A stretch of 64,000 nucleotides of DNA from Amoeboaphelidium protococcarum X5 (Eukaryota > Fungi > Aphelidiomycota), in NCBI GenBank assembly GCA_023515725.1, contig JALDTO010000146.1, positions 868,001 to 932,000 of the forward strand, written 5' to 3'. A program made the position numbers and the translations under genes. Of the stretch, positions 27,207 through 39,696 are shown piece by piece (within the stretch, counting starts at the first letter, position 1; each line of letters opens with the position of its first letter). The notes beneath the pieces were generated by a model. It was not told the origin of the DNA. It saw nothing but the letters and a program-made list of their open reading frames with translations, and searched no databases.

Positions 27207-29999
27207 TCAATAGCTTTAACAAGCTCTTTCCCTAGTCAAGCATTCAAACATCATCACAGCGAAAGCATAAACATCCATTGATTTGCCAGCTTCACGTTAC
27301 AAGCCATTACAGAATTAACGCCTAAACTCAATCAGCAATTCAGGTGCAGCGTAAGTAAAACTTAAACCGCGAACATTGCTTACCTACAGCGCCTTGACTT
27401 TGTACGCGTCAGAGTCGAAAATTTGGGTGATTCCAAAGTCGCAGATTATAGGCATCAGTAAGTTTGGAGCACAGATTTCCAACAACACATTATCAGGCTT
27501 TATATCAAAATGGACAATGTTCATACTGTGCATATGTCTGTAACCCATAGTTAGCTATTTAAGAATAAACAAAAGCTGATACTTACTGTATACCATGCCT
27601 TATGCACGCTGCTCTCCAGATATAAAGTCTTTCAAACTTCCCGGCTAGTAATGCTTCATAACAATTGCCGCTGGCTACTCGCTGTAACCTACCAACTTAA
27701 TAAACTGTGGCTAATCTCTGAACAAGTACATCAAAGTCAACTCTTGATAGAACGAATTTCTGCTTCTGTCACCCATACTTAACACACTTTCAGACACTAT
27801 TTTGATAACCACAGTTGAAACCCCGAACTTCTGACGTGCATTGTTATTCAGAAGATCGCCAGTGTATAGAGATCCATTCCCAGTTTGAGCAAGCAAAGTT
27901 AAAGGCCTAAAATCATAGCCAGCCTTCAACACCAGAAATGCCGGGATAGCCAGGACATCAGTAACCGGAGCCATGGTCTAACTAAAATAAGTGCTAGAAG
28001 GAATGACAGTTGACGTCTGAGCTGTAGACATCTATGTTGTTCCGGCAATGGCTCCGTAGGTAGGACTATTTTACCTTTTAGCTTTAGCAACCGCACGTTT
28101 ACGTCTCTGCAAATAGAGTACCACCAGGACACTAAGTACGACAAAAGCTACAATTCCAGAGACACCAGCGATTACATTAGATAGAACACTAGAATTTCCA
28201 GAATTGAGTGGTTATCCTCCAACATCCGAATTATTGCCGTCAGTTTAAGTACTCTGAAAATTAGCACCGTCATCATTATAGTTATAATCAAAAGAAAAGG
28301 GAGCAATAGAGCTGAGGCTTGACAATTGAGGACTATGACTGAAACTTGATGGCACAAACGCACTAGTATGTGATAGCGCAGTGCTACTAAAATTTCCATT
28401 TATCACCATAGAGCTATTGAAAGCCAAAGCTAAAGATGCAGACGTTGTCGTAGACTGAGCAGAGGAGTTAGCGATGCTAATAAAAGTAGACGTTGTCGAG
28501 ACTTCAGTCGATGATGTACTGTTGGTCGTCGAGATGATAGTAGAATATGTGCTAATTGTCGTCGCCGTTGGTGTAGTAATCATAGTCATAAACGTGGTAA
28601 CAGCTGTGGTTGGCGTAATACTAGTAATAGTTGTCATCGTAGTCGTGGTTGGTGTTGACGTTGCATTGTTGGACGTAGTAGATAAGGTAGTTGTCGACGT
28701 TGATGTGGTGGTGGTAGCGTTTGTCGTCGTAGTAGAACTAATCGTAGTCGTTGTTGATGGAGTAGATGTCATTGTAGTAGTCACAATTGTTGCAGTTGTA
28801 GTCGATGTAGTAGTCACAATTGTTGCAGTTGTAGTCGATGTAGTAGTCGTAGTTGTTGTCGTAGTGCTCGTTGTAGTAGTAGAGAGAGTGGTAGTACTTG
28901 CGGTGGTAGTAGTTCCACATCCTTGAGCCAGCAGAGTGACAGCACTCTCTTAAAGTAACACTCCATTGAAGCCAGAGACACCGACAACCCAAAATCTGCG
29001 CGAATTCAAATCTTAAGCAATACCATTAACTGCTCCTATAGCCAATGGAGACCGTGAACTGACAACACTCCCGCAAATTGTCATAATAAAATCGTCTGTA
29101 CCGGTGCCCACTAAAACCTTCATTTCATTGACGGGATCAATAATACCTTTCATGTATTGCAAATTCTTACCTGTATCCCCAGCTGAATAAACGGAGGTTA
29201 CAAGAGCACCAGTTGCAGGATTGAAAGTCCGCCAAAAGAGTTCATAATTGCTACCCGAAGAGTTATAAACGCCAGATGCTTAGATCAGATTATCACGAAT
29301 GGTTATCGAATATATTGCTGATTAAAAGACAAAATTGGTAGCCCAATTTTTGACGCCAGCAGTCGTGTATGAAGCAAGGTAACCAAAACCTTGTGGTAAC
29401 CCAAAAAAAGTTGCATCATTCCAGTAGCCACCAACAATCACGTTATTGCCAAAAAGTTCAATACAAGTTAAGTCGTCATCTAAAGTTGCACCTTCCTGAA
29501 CAATCCAAAGCTGACCGCCATTGTAAGTCATAGCTGCAAGAAATGTGTCCCAAGCGCCCTTATGCGAGTATCCCGCATAGTTACCATCGATTTTCCCAGA
29601 TACGTACAAACGTCTGCTGCTTTCATCTATTGCCAAACCATTAGGAAGAGCATCGCCGCTCTAAGAAGGCAATGATGCTTACATGGCAACACTTTTATCT
29701 GCGTTGAATCGATAAACTACAACGACGTAGCGCGAATCAGAAATGGCTATAGCTGAACCTGTGGCAACTATCTCACCAGTCATTTAATCCACTTTCAACG
29801 CCATCATAGCGAAAGAAGAATAGCCACTAGGCATTAGGGATTACATTGATAGCTGTGTTCCGTTGGAAGCATAATGATACAAGTACGAAAGGCCTCCTAA
29901 AGCCTGACCTGCAATGAACATTGTGCCATCTGATTAACGATAATCAATACTATTCAAAATTATGTTAGCACTCGCAAAAGTCACGGATGTAAAGCTCAT
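27207..29999 (-). CDS. Receptor-like kinase 3 (paralog)
   Basis: MSFTSVTFAS start, GAWDTFLAAMTYNGGQLWIVQEG propeller repeat, Thr stalk, TM, kinase nearly identical to RLK2; TGA 27207-27209. Confidence 0.85.
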
Positions 30000-30383
30000 A
30001 ACCAAGATTCACTAATCAGATTTCAAAAGCTGCTCAGCAAAGTAATTTTTCTATTACCAGAGATCAATAATTAAAAGTAAATTGGACTAAGATAAGAGGA
30101 ATAAGGGATATGAATGGAGTCAGCATCATCACAGTAGCGGCATATTTCAAGTGATTACAACCAACCAATCAGCCGTAGCAGAGAGTGTTAAAAATACATC
30201 ACCGGAGACTCTTCATCTACCTGTATCACAAATAAATAAATAAGATTAAATACGCGTTTTATACTTAAGTTAATCTGATAGTAAGTGTTGATTATCCAGA
30301 CTTATGTTCGATTTAGATCGAATGTATTAGTCAACCAACAGGCTGTTCGATCCTCTAACCGATCTACTGATTCGCTATTGCAA

Positions 30384-31004
30384 ATGTGTAAAAATCGTAA
30401 AATGCGACAGTTTTTATTAATATTCGATCTGAATGGAGTGCTCATAGACAGAATAGGTAAGGACAGGCGGAAACTGTGGAAAGCTGTGGAGGAGAGCAAG
30501 CGTCTAAAGAATGACTTTAAAGTGCAGCAACGCGCTGTGTTTCTAAGGCCATCTGTGGATAAATTCATGAGAACACTCTTCGATCAAGGCTTCCATGTAG
30601 CCCTGTGGACTAGTGCTGAGCACCGGAATGTCATTGGAATCGTACCTCATCTGGTAGGAGCGAATATTTTTAAATTTATATGGTGTAAAGAGGAATGTGA
30701 AATGGTCGGGTGGGAATCTAAACACAAACCTGCCGTCGTCAAAGACTTGAGCAAAGTGTGGAACTCTGACGCGATTAATCCAGATAAGCTTTTCAATGAT
30801 ACCAACACTATTCTATTTGATGACTCTGCGGCCAAGACTGCGCGTAATCCTTCAAACGCGATAATTGTGGATAAATTTGATGTGACCACGGAGGAGGCAC
30901 ATGGAGATGATTATCTGGAGCGACTCTCTGCTCTTTTACAACGCCTTCGACATGAAAATCCCGAAGATGTCAAATTATGGATATAGTTAAACCCGTTAAT
31001 TTGA
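30384..31004 (+). CDS. FCP1-homology (NIF/HAD) phosphatase-like protein
   Basis: LLIFDLNGVLIDR, FLRPSV, VALWTSA, KDLSKVW, NTILFDDS; reads through TAG 30984 to TGA 31002-31004; start approximate. Confidence 0.8.
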
Positions 31005-31159
31005 ATTGATCAAAGTGAAAATGTTGATTTAAGTTGAATGATTACCGTTGATAAAAATTGAATTCAGTTTCATTCACTTCAATTCATCCGCAACCATGGT
31101 TTTAAAACGATCATACATTTATTACAGTCAATACATATATATCACGGAAGATTCAATGA

Positions 31160-32716
31160 TCATACTTTGCTCTTTGGAGGTAGCAGTGTCTATGGAAGAA
31201 TGTCGGGCAAGTCAATACCCGCCAGTCTGAGCCTGATCAAATGTTAAGACAGAACAAATTCGTCCGAGTCCAGGTAGCCATCTTTGGTCAAGTCGGACAG
31301 AGCCCAAATTTTGCCCAGATCCGCCGTGGGTAGCTGAGACTCCATCAGAATTGGGCGCGCAATGTTTCCGGCAATCTTTCCGTCGATCGGATTCAGCTTT
31401 TGAAACTTGGCCACGTAACGAGAGCGTTCCACAGAGCTCCAGTCAAACGGTCGTTCAATAACCACCTTGTTCTCATTGTCGTCGTCTCCGAATGGATTTC
31501 GCTCGTGATCGGGTAGAGATCGGTTGCCCTGAGGGAACAATGCCATCAACTTGGGTAGATCCACGCCTAACACGTCGTCCATCGAGGTGATCAACTTTGG
31601 ATCCAGCTTCTTCAACTCATACAGATTATAAGTTTTCAAATTATTTCTAAACTTTTCCAAATCTGGGAAATCGCCCACTGGCAGATGATACTGCTTTTAG
31701 ACTTTAAGAAATTCCTGATCCAAATTCTGTATTAACTCCTCCAACTTCTTGTTCTTACCAAACACTGATGGAAGTTGTGCCTTCAGGTGCCCAATGATCT
31801 GAGCATGAACCTTGGCCATTCGCGAACGCTTTACCAATTCATTGATCTTACGAATACCAGCATTACGAGGTAGATCACGCAAGTCGTGCAATAAATCTTC
31901 CATCTCGCTCATATACAAAGCGTAGTTATCATGATTCTTATCAATATTGTCCCAGAATGAACCAATGTACACACGAATCACTTCCGGAGTGTTGACAACC
32001 TTACCGAGAGACCACATGAGAGCACCATAGACACGCATCAACTCTTACGGCTTGATGAGATCACATTTATTCAACACCACACGAATCTTCTCGCTATGTG
32101 GCTTCAGCACATCAATCGCCGACTTTAATTCTGGAGAAATATCCAACTTGCTACCATCAAATAACAGTAATATCAAATCACATCTCTCAGCAAACCACTC
32201 AATGACAGCATTGAAATCATACGCTCTACCAAGACTGTGTTTCTCTCCACTCAGAATACCAGGACTGTCAATTAGAGTAACATTCTCCAAGAACGGAACA
32301 GGCAACTGACTAACCTGAAATTTATTCAGAAATGAGGAACCAAATCTAGTCAGACCACGGAATGGTAGATCCGAAGACACTGCAGCCGCTTATCCAGGTA
32401 TAACTTTGTCATCGGCACCGTTCATGATGGCAACAAACTTGTCCGTAGTTGGCTCAACACCAACATGACTCCCAGGATAGGCTCTATCCAAAAGATATTG
32501 AATGAAGGACGTTTTACCAGTAGAATATTGGCCCATCAACAGTACGAACGGCTTAGCCTCAATATCAATGTCAGTGAGGGCAGCAGAGTGAAAATCATTG
32601 AAACGATAATTCTCCTCCAAAGGCTTAATCTTCATCTTGTACAGAGTCTTGAGACCATCAACAACACTATTGTAAGTGGACGGATCTGGCACCTTATTCT
32701 TTGAACTCTTTGGCAT
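31160..32716 (-). CDS. EHD: EH domain-containing dynamin-like ATPase (EHD/RME-1)
   Basis: GQYSTGKTSFI, EPTTDKF, DSPGILSGEK, LMRVYGALMWSLGK, NPF motif, C-terminal EH domain; TGA 31160-31162. Confidence 0.95.
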
Positions 32717-33179
32717 ACTTATTGCTTACTTCTGTGTCTCAAAATTAGTCCTACTTGTACTATAACTTAAACACTAAAGCCTAAAGAGGAAGTGATGAAC
32801 TGTCTATAGAAAGAGAGTGTGAAGGAGTAGGCAAAAACTGGGCTGAAACTGAAATTGAAATGAAACGGCGCTTCTTCAGTCGACTGTTGTTGGTTGACAT
32901 TTCCCTATCGCGTTTCAGCACAAGCATTTGAGTGAGACTTGGAGATACGATGATATCCTATCATTTCCAAACAAACAGAGTATACTTGGAATTTACTCAC
33001 TCACTCTCTCTCTCTCTCTCTCTCCACATATTTCATTCGTGAGTGATGAAAGTATTATGCGGGTTTAATTGAATGTCCTCAATCTTTTCAGAGAGACCCT
33101 TGATATTTTCTTTGCTTCAATCGCTGGGGAACTATTGTTCGTAAGAGAGCAGCTTAATAAAACGACAAAATTATACAAA

Positions 33180-33782
33180 ATGTCTAAAAAGGATAAAGTA
33201 TCAAAGATGCTCATTAAATTGAGAGTGCCAGCCTAGATGGCCACTCCATCTCCACCAATTGGACCTGCACTGGGTAGTAAAGGACTGAAAGCTATTGATT
33301 TTGTAAAGAAATTCAATGATTTGACGAGTGGACGCGTCGCTGCAGAACCTCACATGGGCAATATCAAATTTGAGAGTGGAGTCCCAGTGCGCGTTCATTT
33401 ACGCGTTAATCCGGATGATAAGTCATACTCAATGTATCTAGGTACGCCATCAACCACTCATATGCTCAAGCGTGCCGTAGCGTCTATATACATGAACCAG
33501 AGTGGATAGGCGGCGGGCGTAGATTTCAAGACTGTCCTCAATGCCGTTAAGGGAGCCAAGTAACCTCTTCACACTAAACCATTTATAGATTTGGATGGCG
33601 TGTCCAATGCAAATGATGAAGGGGAAGATTAGCAGTCAGAGTTATATGTCACTCTTAAACACGTTTATGAAATCGCCAAGATTAAATAGCAGGATCAAGT
33701 TAATAAGGATGTAAAATTGTAGTCTCTCTGCAAATCTATAATCAGCACCGCAAAGTCAATGGGTTTAAAAGTAGTGCCTTGA
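33180..33782 (+). CDS. Mitochondrial ribosomal protein uL11m
   Basis: ATPSPPIGPALGSKGLKAIDFVKKFN, VTLKHVYEIAKIK, STAKSMGLKVVP; TGA 33780-33782. Confidence 0.88.
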
Positions 33783-33881
33783 ATATAATAGATGGATTTT
33801 TACATATAAAACATATATTGTGTTCAGATGTTGGTATCTTTTCCAATTGCATACACTTGGAATGATAGTAAATTGAAAATA

Positions 33882-35003
33882 TCACTCCATGTCGTTGCCA
33901 ATCTTGTCGCGATTTCGCACCCATTGTTAGAACTGCTCTGGATCAATACCACCAATATCAATTTTAAAATCATTCAACACCTGCCTTACTATTCGTCCAT
34001 CTTGGATATAAAGAATTCTATCCGCATACACTTCCACATCTGGATTATGAGTGACCATGATTATAGTGGTCCCATACTACTAAGATGTCTTTGGTGTGCT
34101 CACATTAGCGCTTGTGCCAATATTTGATTCCTGGAGTCCATCAGTATTACCAGACAGATAGGGATTATTAATCTGATGCAATAGATTCATAATCTCTATA
34201 GTGTTCTTGGAATCCAAGTCTCCTGTTGGTTCATCTGCCAATACAATTTCTGGCTCATTAGCCAAAGCTCTGGCAATGGCAACTCTTTGACACTCTCCAC
34301 CAGACATTTCAGATGGCAGATGAGACATTCTATCCAGCAATCCCACTCTGGTCAGTAGTGCAATTGTGCGCTCTTTCCTCTGCTTCTTGTTCAACTTACC
34401 CAGAATAGTCATTGGCAGTTCAACATTCTCATACGCACTCAGAGTTCCTAGTAGATTAAAAGTCTGGAATATAAATCCAATTTTTGATAATCGCATCTTT
34501 GACAACACGGCATCGGGCGTCTTATTACTCAAGTGCAGACCATCAATAACAATCTTTCCAGATGTAGGCAAGTCCAGAGCTCCAATACAATTCAAAAGGG
34601 TAGACTTACCACCACCACTAGCACCTCTCAAAATGACAAATTCTCCGCGCCGGATAGCATAATGTTCATTCAGATCATTACCACACAGATTAATGTCATC
34701 CAAAGCTGTGACTCTCTTATCATTCAGAGTACTATCTTCTTTACCGTCTTTATCGTCTCCAATATTACTTTCGGCATCATCGCCATCACCATCGTCAGTG
34801 ACCTGCAGTTTGAAAGATTTGCTCAGATTCTTAATGACTATGACTGGTTCGCCAAGAGTTTTTCCATTTGGTAGGAGCAATTGATTAGATGAGGGTGAGC
34901 CGCCAGTTAGAGCTTGAGTGGATTAATGAGCAGATTATCCATCTATAGACTCAGCAGAAAGAGGCGGAGATTATAACAAATTGGATTATAGAATTCTAGT
35001 CAT
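33882..35003 (-). CDS. Stand-alone ABC ATPase, LolD/MacB (MJ0796) type
   Basis: GASGGGKSTLLN, IGFIFQTFNL, NVELPM, MSGGECQRVAIARALAN, LADEPTGDLD, IIMVTHN; no TM domain; TGA 33882-33884. Confidence 0.9.
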
Positions 35004-35258
35004 AATGTAATAGAGAGTGTTTCAAGTGATGATGATGACGATAAAATTGATAAAATGAGAGAAAACTTGATGGTTTGTGGAGGGGAAAGATCATCATCAG
35101 AGTTGGTCAGATTTCACAGAACGCGCGATAACTTCAAACGATTCCTTTATAGCGTGAAACTTTTTACAGTGTAAAACCGTCTATTGTCATCTCTCTAATT
35201 AGGAATTTTTATTATAAAATCTTTATTTAATCAATACACTATTCTTCCATATAGTAGA

Positions 35259-35435
35259 ATGGAAAGTGAACAGAAAAAAGTAAAGAATCTGCAGTTGGAG
35301 TTGGATTTAACAAAGGCAGAGTTGGAAATGCTGAAGGTGCAGAGTGGGAATAAATTTCTAGGAGATTACTTCATTGAAGGAATGGCATTGGGTGGAATAC
35401 TAACATTCATACTATTCAAGTTTTTTTTAAAATGA
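35259..35435 (+). CDS. 58-aa coiled-coil plus C-terminal TM microprotein
   Basis: MESEQKKVKNLQLELDLTKAELEMLKVQ...GMALGGILTFILFKFFLK, ends TGA. Confidence 0.5.
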   Translation: MESEQKKVKNLQLELDLTKAELEMLKVQSGNKFLGDYFIEGMALGGILTFILFKFFLK

Positions 35436-35505
35436 TAATAAATGAAGTTAATTTATGATTAATGTAATTTCCATTGTTCATAATTACTAGATCAGTTTTT
35501 AACAC

Positions 35506-35856
35506 TCATATCTACTTTAGGCGCGTTAAATCATTCTACATATTGTCCAAATCACGTTCCAGTGCAACGTTAAGATCACGTATAGATTCAAGTCTCAGCT
35601 GTGTACTGTTGAGCTCTCTTGGAAAACCTGTTTCATGATTTCTCAAATGTTTCAATCGGAATGTAAGAGAAATGTATCGCGCCTACCAGAAATTTCTCTG
35701 CTCTTTAGCCTGTTGTATTTCTTACTGTATGAGATGCACAGTATTCCGTAAATCTTCTCTTACTCTAGTATAAGCAGTCAAATTAGATAATATTTCTTTA
35801 GTTAATCCATAATGCTTAGATACGAATATTTAATCATCTTTATACAATAAAGTCAT
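35506..35856 (-). CDS. 116-aa hypothetical coiled-coil protein
   Basis: ATG 35856 to TGA 35506 open in code 6; heptad-like C-terminus. Confidence 0.5.
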
Positions 35857-36278
35857 TACTTTGATGCAAGCTTATTAGTTAAATTTTTAAAAAGAGTCTG
35901 AACTACTGTATGTAATGATAAGGAAGACGAAACAACCAGCCGTCTCAACTTATTAACGAAAAGGTGTCGAAGCATTCTTTTCAATGCGCGTGCAGGTCGG
36001 AGCTAATAATAATGAACACCTAAGGCGCGCTAACATTCAACTTCTTCTTTTGCTACACTTATTTTTTCTCTTGGCGAATGATAAAATTAATCCATTTCGT
36101 TCAGTGCTTTTGTTATTCCAACCAAGGAACAGTTGTAAATCGCGTTTCTTTATACCGGACGCCTTTCGTTTTCTTCAAGTTGAAAATCACTGTCAGTCAG
36201 TCATTCCTTTCCTCTGCTGACTATTGTCATTTTTTAACGCGTAAAAATAATACAGTTTATACATAGCTGGAAGTTGAG

Positions 36279-39200
36279 ATGGGTAGCCAAGGATTAAGCA
36301 CCAAGTAGGCTTGCATGAAGCTTTCAGAATAATTGGATAATCTGTGTAATAACTAGCAATATAAAAAGTCTGTTAACGTATGGACTCTTCCTATCACCAT
36401 CGTATCTATAGTATCGTCTGTTCTACTCATTGTATTTGGAGTCGTGTAATTATTATGGGGATTAAAATATACTTGGATTTTCTCATCTAGCTGTATTGCT
36501 GAGGGGGGAGTTGTTTTTGTATTGACTGTGGTCAGTTGCTGGTTACTCGATCTCGATATGTACCATTCCGCCAGGGAGATACTTTACAAATTGTAGAGTA
36601 TAGTCAAGAATGTAAAGGAACTGTAGAATGAGAATAAAGTTATATATCCCTAGTTGCGTAATTCAGTGTCGGCTGAGCTCACTCTTGTCTGGGTGTTGAG
36701 AGACTAAGAATTTGTTTAAATACCGTCAGCCCTCTTGGTATAAGGTGACTTGATAAGGCTTAGAATTGGAGATTTGGCGTATGGTAAATGTTAGAGAGTC
36801 GACTCTGAGTCTCCCGGCAAAGACGATGGCGATATAATTGAGCGTGGCAGAAAAGTGTCTTGTGCTGATCTAAATGGGGATTTATATGGGAGATTTGAAC
36901 TTCTGGAGACGCCTGTTGTGGAGATTATGAGTTATACGCTGTAGATCAAGTACAATCGCGGTCTGGTGGACAATTAAATGCAAGTCCTTACTGGATTTTT
37001 TTATAGAATTATGTACGTTGCTGTTTGTTTATCATTCACATTCAGTGTAATTAAAGTGATCTTAGATGCAGACAGGGCTATTAGCGCGTTTGGATATTTA
37101 GTGATCAACTAAATCTATGTTATTATGGCTGTATTACCTCTTTTGAATATCCCGCTATTCATTCTTATCAGATCATTTCTAACTGGAAAGATTCTACTTC
37201 TCTTTGAGAGGCTGCAGTAATCTCCTCAGGCATTCAGCGATGAACCGGATGTGGATCAATTTGATGAAGAAGAATCTGCTCCTGTCATTGATATCTCTTA
37301 TGGCTTTTCGGATATTTGGAATAAATTCAAGGATGTCTTGTAGCGACGATAGCCATTACTGACATGCGATCTACTCTCCAATCTGGCCACCATAACTTCA
37401 ATAACGTATTTGGATCGAGAGGGATCTCTGACATCTCCCTTTATGCACGTAAAGAACTTGGTTGTTTTCGATAAGGATTAGAATAAATTTACAGAATTGG
37501 ATATGTATGAAGATTTAAGTGCGCATAATGAGATTTCTTTTGCTGACAATGGATACCGTGATTAATATGTGGATTCACTCAAACCACTTGGATTGAACCT
37601 GTTGCTAAATACCGATTGTGATTGCGCTTAAAAGATATTTCATCATGGTAGCAGAAGAGACCTTGTACAAGATTACCATCGCAAATACAGATTTCTATCT
37701 AAACTTTGTAAAGTCCCAGTCTCATAGTAGCGATGTCTATGCTCCCTTGCCAAGACTATTGGATTCTCTGAGAGTGCTGCGAATGCGTATTAGAAAGTAC
37801 GGACATTGCCATTAATTTGGAAGAATTAGACGAGCGTTAAATCAGTCATGAGTCTTCAGGTGCAATAGAAGGGCATCGATGACAGTAGCAGTAATCGACT
37901 CTTATTGACTAACGGCGAACTGTCACTGATATCGAAATTATGTTCTGATGTGTGGACAGGTGAACATCTATTTGAGTTGGATGACACATTGAGGAAGCAA
38001 TTCTCAGAGATACATTTAAAGGCGATATCTCATGACTTTTAAGCATTAGCTTTCAGCTATAGCCCTGTTGATGATGATATTGAAAGCGCGGTTGACGCCT
38101 AAGAGGCTACTGATGTCCTGCATAGCTTAAATGTCGATGATTTTGATGAACTGTACAGGTCATAGGTTTTGCTTGGTGCAGCTATCTTTTAGCCATGCAT
38201 TAAAGCTGACGTTAAAGAGTTTATTGAGGATTTGCGTCTAGGAGGTATAAGATTTGTATATTTCAGTCGCAGATAGTCTAGGTAGAGTAAAGCGTTCGCT
38301 GACCGTCTGGGATTGGAAACTGATTGGAATAGTTGTATAATCCTATCCAAAGTCACATCTCCTGACGATCTTGGCTATGTGGAGCCTCATGATATTAAAG
38401 CCAAACTACCTAGAGGAATTGACAATATCAAGTAACACCTCTAGGATGTTGATGATATTCCATTATAAGTATCTCTCTTTGCGGATAGTAATTCGGAATC
38501 CATATGCAGTATGATCAGTATATTCCAGGAACACGGTGATATAGTATTGTCTGTTGGTAACAGTCTGAATCTGGAGAATGTAAACTCTTTTGCATAGAGT
38601 GATATTTCCGTAGCTGTTGATTCTATCACGTACACTGGCAATTCTTTGTATCATTTAAAGGATCAATAAAAGTAGTAAAATTACGTCAAGCAATAGTCTT
38701 AATAGCAGTTTATATAGATGCATGAAAAGTCCTCGACGACTAATCAACTAGAAGATAATGGGAAGAAAATGTTTTAAATTGCTCAGGCATTGGTCTCGCT
38801 GCATAGCCATCTAACAATGTCTGGTGATCTAAGTCCATACGTAATAAGTTAGACTGTACGTGAAGCTAGACTTTCCATGGCTCGGTTGATTTAAGCGTTC
38901 ACTCATACTTTGGCCGCTTAGCTCGGTGTTATGTTGTTGATGCTGGCGTCAGTGATTCTGCTTTTACCGCCTATTTTAACTGGATTTTAGATTCTTTTCA
39001 TTACTCTGATCGTCATACCCATGCTGTCAATGTCTTTTATATTCGCTCCTTAGCCCAACATGGATTCTATGAAGGTTTAGCCTCTGAAGAATACGCATCA
39101 CTTGAAAGATAGAACTCGCTTCTTGTGGTATGGTATTCTTCGAAATTTGCCTCTAGTTGCTGTTACGGTAGTTTGTTATTGCATTGTGCTGTTTAATTTC

Positions 39201-39641
39201 CTTCCGTCTAAACCGTGGTAGTTTAATTAGGGACTTGATGATAGTTGGTAAGTGGCAGGATCTCTAGAGTAAAATGTATTAGTACAGTCTTAGAACGTTG
39301 CCATGTTCTCGTGTGTTCTCTTCATCGTGATAAACTCTGCGTCTTATATGCATCGCGTTGATGGTCCATATGAATATATTCCTTTTGCGAACACAGCGTG
39401 GTTAGTTGCAGCTGGGCTATGTATTGTACTTACTCTCATCTGGTGCGGATGTTTTTATGTTTATTCGCAGATCAGCTTACAAGGGACTTTGTACATCTTG
39501 GCTGTGCTTTTGCCTTCACTGCCACTCAGTTATGTGTGGAATGAACTTGTCAAAAAGATGGACCGCAGTGAGTATAGTAGATTTCAACGGCGGCGAAAGT
39601 TGGAATTTAACACGAAATTGGGATGTTATTCGCCTGTATGA
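36279..39641 (+). CDS. TMEM94: TMEM94/KIAA0195-like P-type-ATPase-related membrane protein
   Basis: LVQGDLI, GIRFVYFS, FADRLGLETDWNSCIILS, AKLPRGIDNIKQHLQDVDDIPLQVSLF, C-terminal KLEFNTKLGCYSPV; TGA. Confidence 0.88.
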
Positions 39642-39696
39642 TTAAAGTTAACCATAAATTAGCTAAATGACGCGTAGAATCATCCATAAAATACAT

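Noticed and set aside
20778-29999. CRISPR-like array or other regularly spaced repeats
   Set aside because: The repeats are coding triplet runs and paralogous genes; there is no repeat-spacer structure anywhere in the window
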